Shown here piece after piece: positions 61,109-64,000 of a stretch of DNA of 64,000 bases (position 1 is the stretch's first letter; every line of letters starts with the position of its first letter). Source of the DNA: an uncultured cyanobacterium (GTDB taxonomy: Bacteria > Cyanobacteriota > Cyanobacteriia > Phormidesmidales > Phormidesmidaceae); NCBI GenBank assembly GCA_963793265.1, contig CAWBZI010000004.1:192001-256000 (forward strand). The letters are read 5' to 3'. The notes beneath the pieces were generated by a model. It did not search any database. It saw only the letters and a list, made by a program, of their open reading frames with translations, and had not been told where the DNA came from. The position numbers were made by a program, and so were the translations under genes.

Positions 61109-61738
61109 ATGCCCGGATTTACGAGCTATCACTTTAAGCTAATCGCGGCTTTTACCATGCTGCTAGATCACATTGCAGCCATTCTTTATCCTGAAGCTGA
61201 CTGGCTGCGAGCGATTGGCCGCATTAGCTTTCCGGCGTTTCTCTATTTGCTGGTGCAGGGTGAGGTGTTTACAAAAGATGTTGGGCGCTACGGTCTGCGG
61301 CTAGGACTGCTCGCTATTATCTCTCAGCCGATCTATCAGATTGCGTTTGATACCAATCAGCTCAACGTTTTGTTCCTTTTGCTCATCGGACTGATATGTT
61401 TGCGCCAGAGTCGGCGGTACCAGCAGCTATCTTTCCTGATATGGCTAGCTGGCGCACTGATGGCGGAGCTGTTAAATACTAGCTATGGCGGCTACGGCAT
61501 TCTCCTAATACTGCTAATTCGCGCTTTTCGTCCGACGCTCTTATGGTGGTCAGGCTGGCTAGGGTTTAATTTGACTTGGATGGCGCTGATTGGCGGCTGG
61601 TTTCAGCTTCCAATACTTTGGGTGCCGCTGTTGTTTATGTCAGCGAATGGGCAGCGAGGGGCTAAGGCTCGCTGGTTCTATGGCTTTTATCCAGGGCACT
61701 TGCTGCTGTTGGCAATGATTGCGGGCGCTCTACGATAG
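61109..61738 (+). CDS. TraX-family membrane acyltransferase-like protein
   Basis: KLIAAFTMLLDH, IGRISFP, ISQP and FYGFYPGHLL motifs. Confidence 0.88.
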   Translation: MPGFTSYHFKLIAAFTMLLDHIAAILYPEADWLRAIGRISFPAFLYLLVQGEVFTKDVGRYGLRLGLLAIISQPIYQIAFDTNQLNVLFLLLIGLICLRQSRRYQQLSFLIWLAGALMAELLNTSYGGYGILLILLIRAFRPTLLWWSGWLGFNLTWMALIGGWFQLPILWVPLLFMSANGQRGAKARWFYGFYPGHLLLLAMIAGALR

Positions 61739-61764
61739 GGGCTGAACCTTGCCAATCACGACAA

Positions 61765-61793
61765 TGCCCGTCACAGCAATGTTGTGACGGGCA
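61765..61793. terminator. Hairpin between convergent genes
   Basis: TGCCCGTCACAGCA / TGTTGTGACGGGCA inverted repeat. Confidence 0.7.
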
Positions 61794-61848
61794 GAAAGAT
61801 TAGGCGACTACTCGGATGCGATCGCCTCAAGTCATAGCGGTAAAAACG

Positions 61849-62415
61849 CTACCAAAGCGCGCGCGGGCTGTTAGAGGTAGGAGCGCTGCTTGGCGTAACT
61901 GCCGGTGTCGCGGCAGGCGTAGGTGTAGTGGTTGGTGTGACGGTTGGACTGCTAACAGGCGGATTGCTAACTGGCGTTGCAGGCGGAATAGCAGCAGGTG
62001 TCGTAGTTGTTTCTTCCATGTCTAATTCGGGCTCAACAACAGTTTCAGTTTCGACTTCGGCTTCTACGCCCGTTTCTACTTCAGTTTCAGTTTCTAGGCC
62101 CGTCTCAACTTCGGTATCCGTTTCAGTCTCTAGGCCCGTCTCAACTTCAGTATCCGTTTCAGGTTCTAAGCCTGCTTCGACCTCACCTTCTGTGGATTCA
62201 GTTTCTATATCGTCACCTACAGCATCTATCTCTGGTTCTGGGGTGGCTTCTGGTGTAGCGCTGGGGGTTTCTACCGGTAGCGTTGAGTCAGGCGTAGACT
62301 CTGGCAGGTCTTGGGCTTTAGCAGTTGGCGCTAGAAAAGCCTGTAGCCCGACAATAGATAAGGCAGAGACGAACAAGAAAAGACTTTTGACAGATAGACG
62401 GGATTGTGAGCGCAT
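61849..62415 (-). CDS. Secreted acidic, Pro/Thr-rich low-complexity protein ending in PRALW
   Basis: Signal peptide ending AKA-Q; 12-aa repeats GLETETDTEVET encoded by 36-bp repeats at 62093-62164. Confidence 0.8.
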   Translation of the reverse strand: MRSQSRLSVKSLFLFVSALSIVGLQAFLAPTAKAQDLPESTPDSTLPVETPSATPEATPEPEIDAVGDDIETESTEGEVEAGLEPETDTEVETGLETETDTEVETGLETETEVETGVEAEVETETVVEPELDMEETTTTPAAIPPATPVSNPPVSSPTVTPTTTPTPAATPAVTPSSAPTSNSPRALW

Positions 62416-62471
62416 AGTATAAATTTTTACAAAAGTTCAATTTGCCTGTACTGAAACTCATTATGGCCAAA

Positions 62472-62487
62472 CGTGATCAAAATCACA
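62472..62487. promoter_or_regulatory. Candidate CRP-family binding site
   Basis: CGTGA-TCAAAA-TCACA, one mismatch to TGTGA-N6-TCACA, about 60 bp upstream of the ATG at 62415. Confidence 0.5.
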
Positions 62488-62556
62488 ATAAGTTTGTATC
62501 AATTTTATTCACGCTAGCTTTGAATAAATTTCATCTTTGCGCTATTACCGGCTCTA

Positions 62557-63723
62557 TTACTGATAGACGGAAAGCGGCAGGTTGAGCTGGCCGCGATCGC
62601 AAGAGAGGTCGTCATTTAACAGCTTTCCGTTCTCCCAAATGCCCGATTTGGTAGAACCGTTGAAAAATATGAACGTGCCTCTGCCGCTGCACTGGTTGTC
62701 TTTAAATTCGCCTATATATCGCTCACCCGTTTCTAAAATCCAGGTGCCTTTACCGTTGAACTGGTCGGCTTCAAACTGGCCGATGTATCGTCTGCCGTTA
62801 CTGAAGTTAAACGTTCCGCAGCCGTTGCGAGCGCCATTTTTATACTCCCCATCGTAGCGATTGCCGCTGGGGTAAACCATCGTGCCTTGGCCATCAGCAG
62901 GCTTGCCGTTTTCAAACGCGCCGTAGTAAATAGCTCCGTCTTGGTATCGGTGAGAAGCCGAGCTGATGATGGTGTTGGCAATTTTGACTTCCTGGCAGGG
63001 TAGAGAGATTGAGCCTGGCCCCTGTAGAGAGATAGCGGCAATCTGCTCGGGTATCTGTGAGTCTGTACTGTCTGTACTGTTGGAGCGAAGGGTTGTGGTG
63101 AGTCCGACTATGGCGATTGCCACTGCCGATCCTAATCCGATGATTAGCTTGACTGAACGGGGGCGATCGCTAGCGTGATCTTTAGCTTCGTGGCTAGGTA
63201 GTTGCCGAATTAAAGCTGCTAGCTCGCCTGCTTTGAATGACTTTCGTCTGGGCGATCGCTGCCTTGAGCGCCGCTTTGATTTTAGATAGATGTAGCGGCC
63301 CTGAAGCTCATTGAGCTTCGTAGCATCGTTAACTTGTAAACCTGATAGGTAAGCGCCTGTAAAGCAGCTCTGCGACAGGTTTGCCCCATTGGCCTGAGCG
63401 TTTGATAAATTGGCCTGACTAAAGTTAGCCTCGCTAAAGTTGCCTAAGCTCAAATCCGCCTCGGCCAGCGTGGCCTCGCTGAAGTCTGCGCCGCTGGCAT
63501 AGGCCGAATGTAGGCAGCTTTGGCTTAAGTTGGCACCGCTCAAGTTTGCGCCGATGAGGCAAGCGCGCTCTAGATTGGCTCCGCGCAGGTTATAGCCGCT
63601 GAGCACCTGCCCAAAAAGGTAGGCTGACCTCAAATCGGGCTTTTCATCAGGATTTTGGGCTCGCCAGCGGTTCCAGTCCTCGGCTCCTTGTTCAATAAGT
63701 GCCAAAAAATTAGTATCTGTCAT
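62557..63723 (-). CDS. Pentapeptide-repeat, TM and MORN-repeat protein
   Basis: WNRWR..ANLSGANLS pentapeptides, a central hydrophobic helix, and C-terminal YxGxF..GxG MORN repeats. Confidence 0.9.
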   Translation of the reverse strand: MTDTNFLALIEQGAEDWNRWRAQNPDEKPDLRSAYLFGQVLSGYNLRGANLERACLIGANLSGANLSQSCLHSAYASGADFSEATLAEADLSLGNFSEANFSQANLSNAQANGANLSQSCFTGAYLSGLQVNDATKLNELQGRYIYLKSKRRSRQRSPRRKSFKAGELAALIRQLPSHEAKDHASDRPRSVKLIIGLGSAVAIAIVGLTTTLRSNSTDSTDSQIPEQIAAISLQGPGSISLPCQEVKIANTIISSASHRYQDGAIYYGAFENGKPADGQGTMVYPSGNRYDGEYKNGARNGCGTFNFSNGRRYIGQFEADQFNGKGTWILETGERYIGEFKDNQCSGRGTFIFFNGSTKSGIWENGKLLNDDLSCDRGQLNLPLSVYQ

Positions 63724-63854
63724 ACATCACGAATAGGTGCAAGTAGTTCAGAACCTTTAGAAAAATAGTCGCTGTAGATAGCTGCTGCCCTGTCTAACTT
63801 TTACTCATGTACGTGCCTACAACAAGCACCCAAAGTATAGAATTCCTATACTCT

Positions 63855-64000
63855 CTAGTCCGTTCTAGTATTTCTTATGTTCCCGGTAGAAGCCATGCTC
63901 ACAAGGTTACAAAGCTTGTAAACAATGCGCGCGCCCACATTTCCATCCCACTCGTCGGGGCCTACTTCGCACAAATCAAAGCCGATGATTTTACGGCTAT
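63855..64000 (-). CDS. Agmatinase/arginase-family protein, C-terminal fragment (runs off window end)
   Basis: Manual translation gives RKIIGFDLCEVGPDEWDGNVGARIVYKLCNL...; stop codon at 63855-63857. Confidence 0.8.
   Translation of the reverse strand, partial: SRKIIGFDLCEVGPDEWDGNVGARIVYKLCNLVSMASTGNIRNTRTD

Larger units (their letters stand above)
3299..63260. repeat. HIP1 octamer GCGATCGC dispersed through the window
   Basis: About 80 copies by manual count (e.g. near 3299, 8700, 21436, 29985, 44852, 58622), far above chance. Confidence 0.97.

Noticed and set aside
61928..62422. 164-aa plus-strand Ser/Val-rich ORF
   Set aside because: It is the antisense shadow of the repeat-rich secreted protein, which has a clear signal peptide.
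4147..63178. Many 60-170 aa ORFs nested in or antisense to recognised genes
   Set aside because: They show no motifs and are fully overlapped by well-supported CDSs, as expected for shadow ORFs.

Overview
Chromosomal window from a cyanobacterium. The HIP1 octamer GCGATCGC occurs about 80 times by manual count, and cyanobacteria-specific genes are present (ndhL, opcA, CPP1-like, HetZ-related, DUF3007, DUF3038, DUF3370). A non-heterocystous Leptolyngbya/Phormidesmis-like lineage is plausible but only inferred. Most of the window is core genome: the start of a PatA-CheY-CheW taxis operon, fbp-zwf-opcA, rsmE, hppD, tsaC, larC, an intron-less tRNA-Leu(UAA), ndhL-DUF3007-trpA, arsS with two DedA/TVP38 genes, a two-component pair, a Phd/VapC toxin-antitoxin pair, scpA, spoIID, argB-aroK, a frameshifted GAF-PAS-GGDEF-EAL gene, a PP2C/anti-sigma pair, hisH, aroE, upp, yaaA and a partial agmatinase. 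I found no CRISPR array, prophage, integrase or transposase. The best candidates for undescribed biology are: (i) two tandem, apparently paralogous small membrane proteins, one with an Arg/Ser/Asp-rich tail; (ii) an uncharacterised three-gene HTH cassette; (iii) a 16-bp tandem array resembling stacked CRP boxes upstream of the taxis operon; (iv) an arsS-DedA-DedA unit; (v) an HTH-GrpE fusion; and (vi) a secreted acidic repeat protein ending in PRALW behind a CRP-like box. All family calls come from motif recognition by eye; no database search was run.
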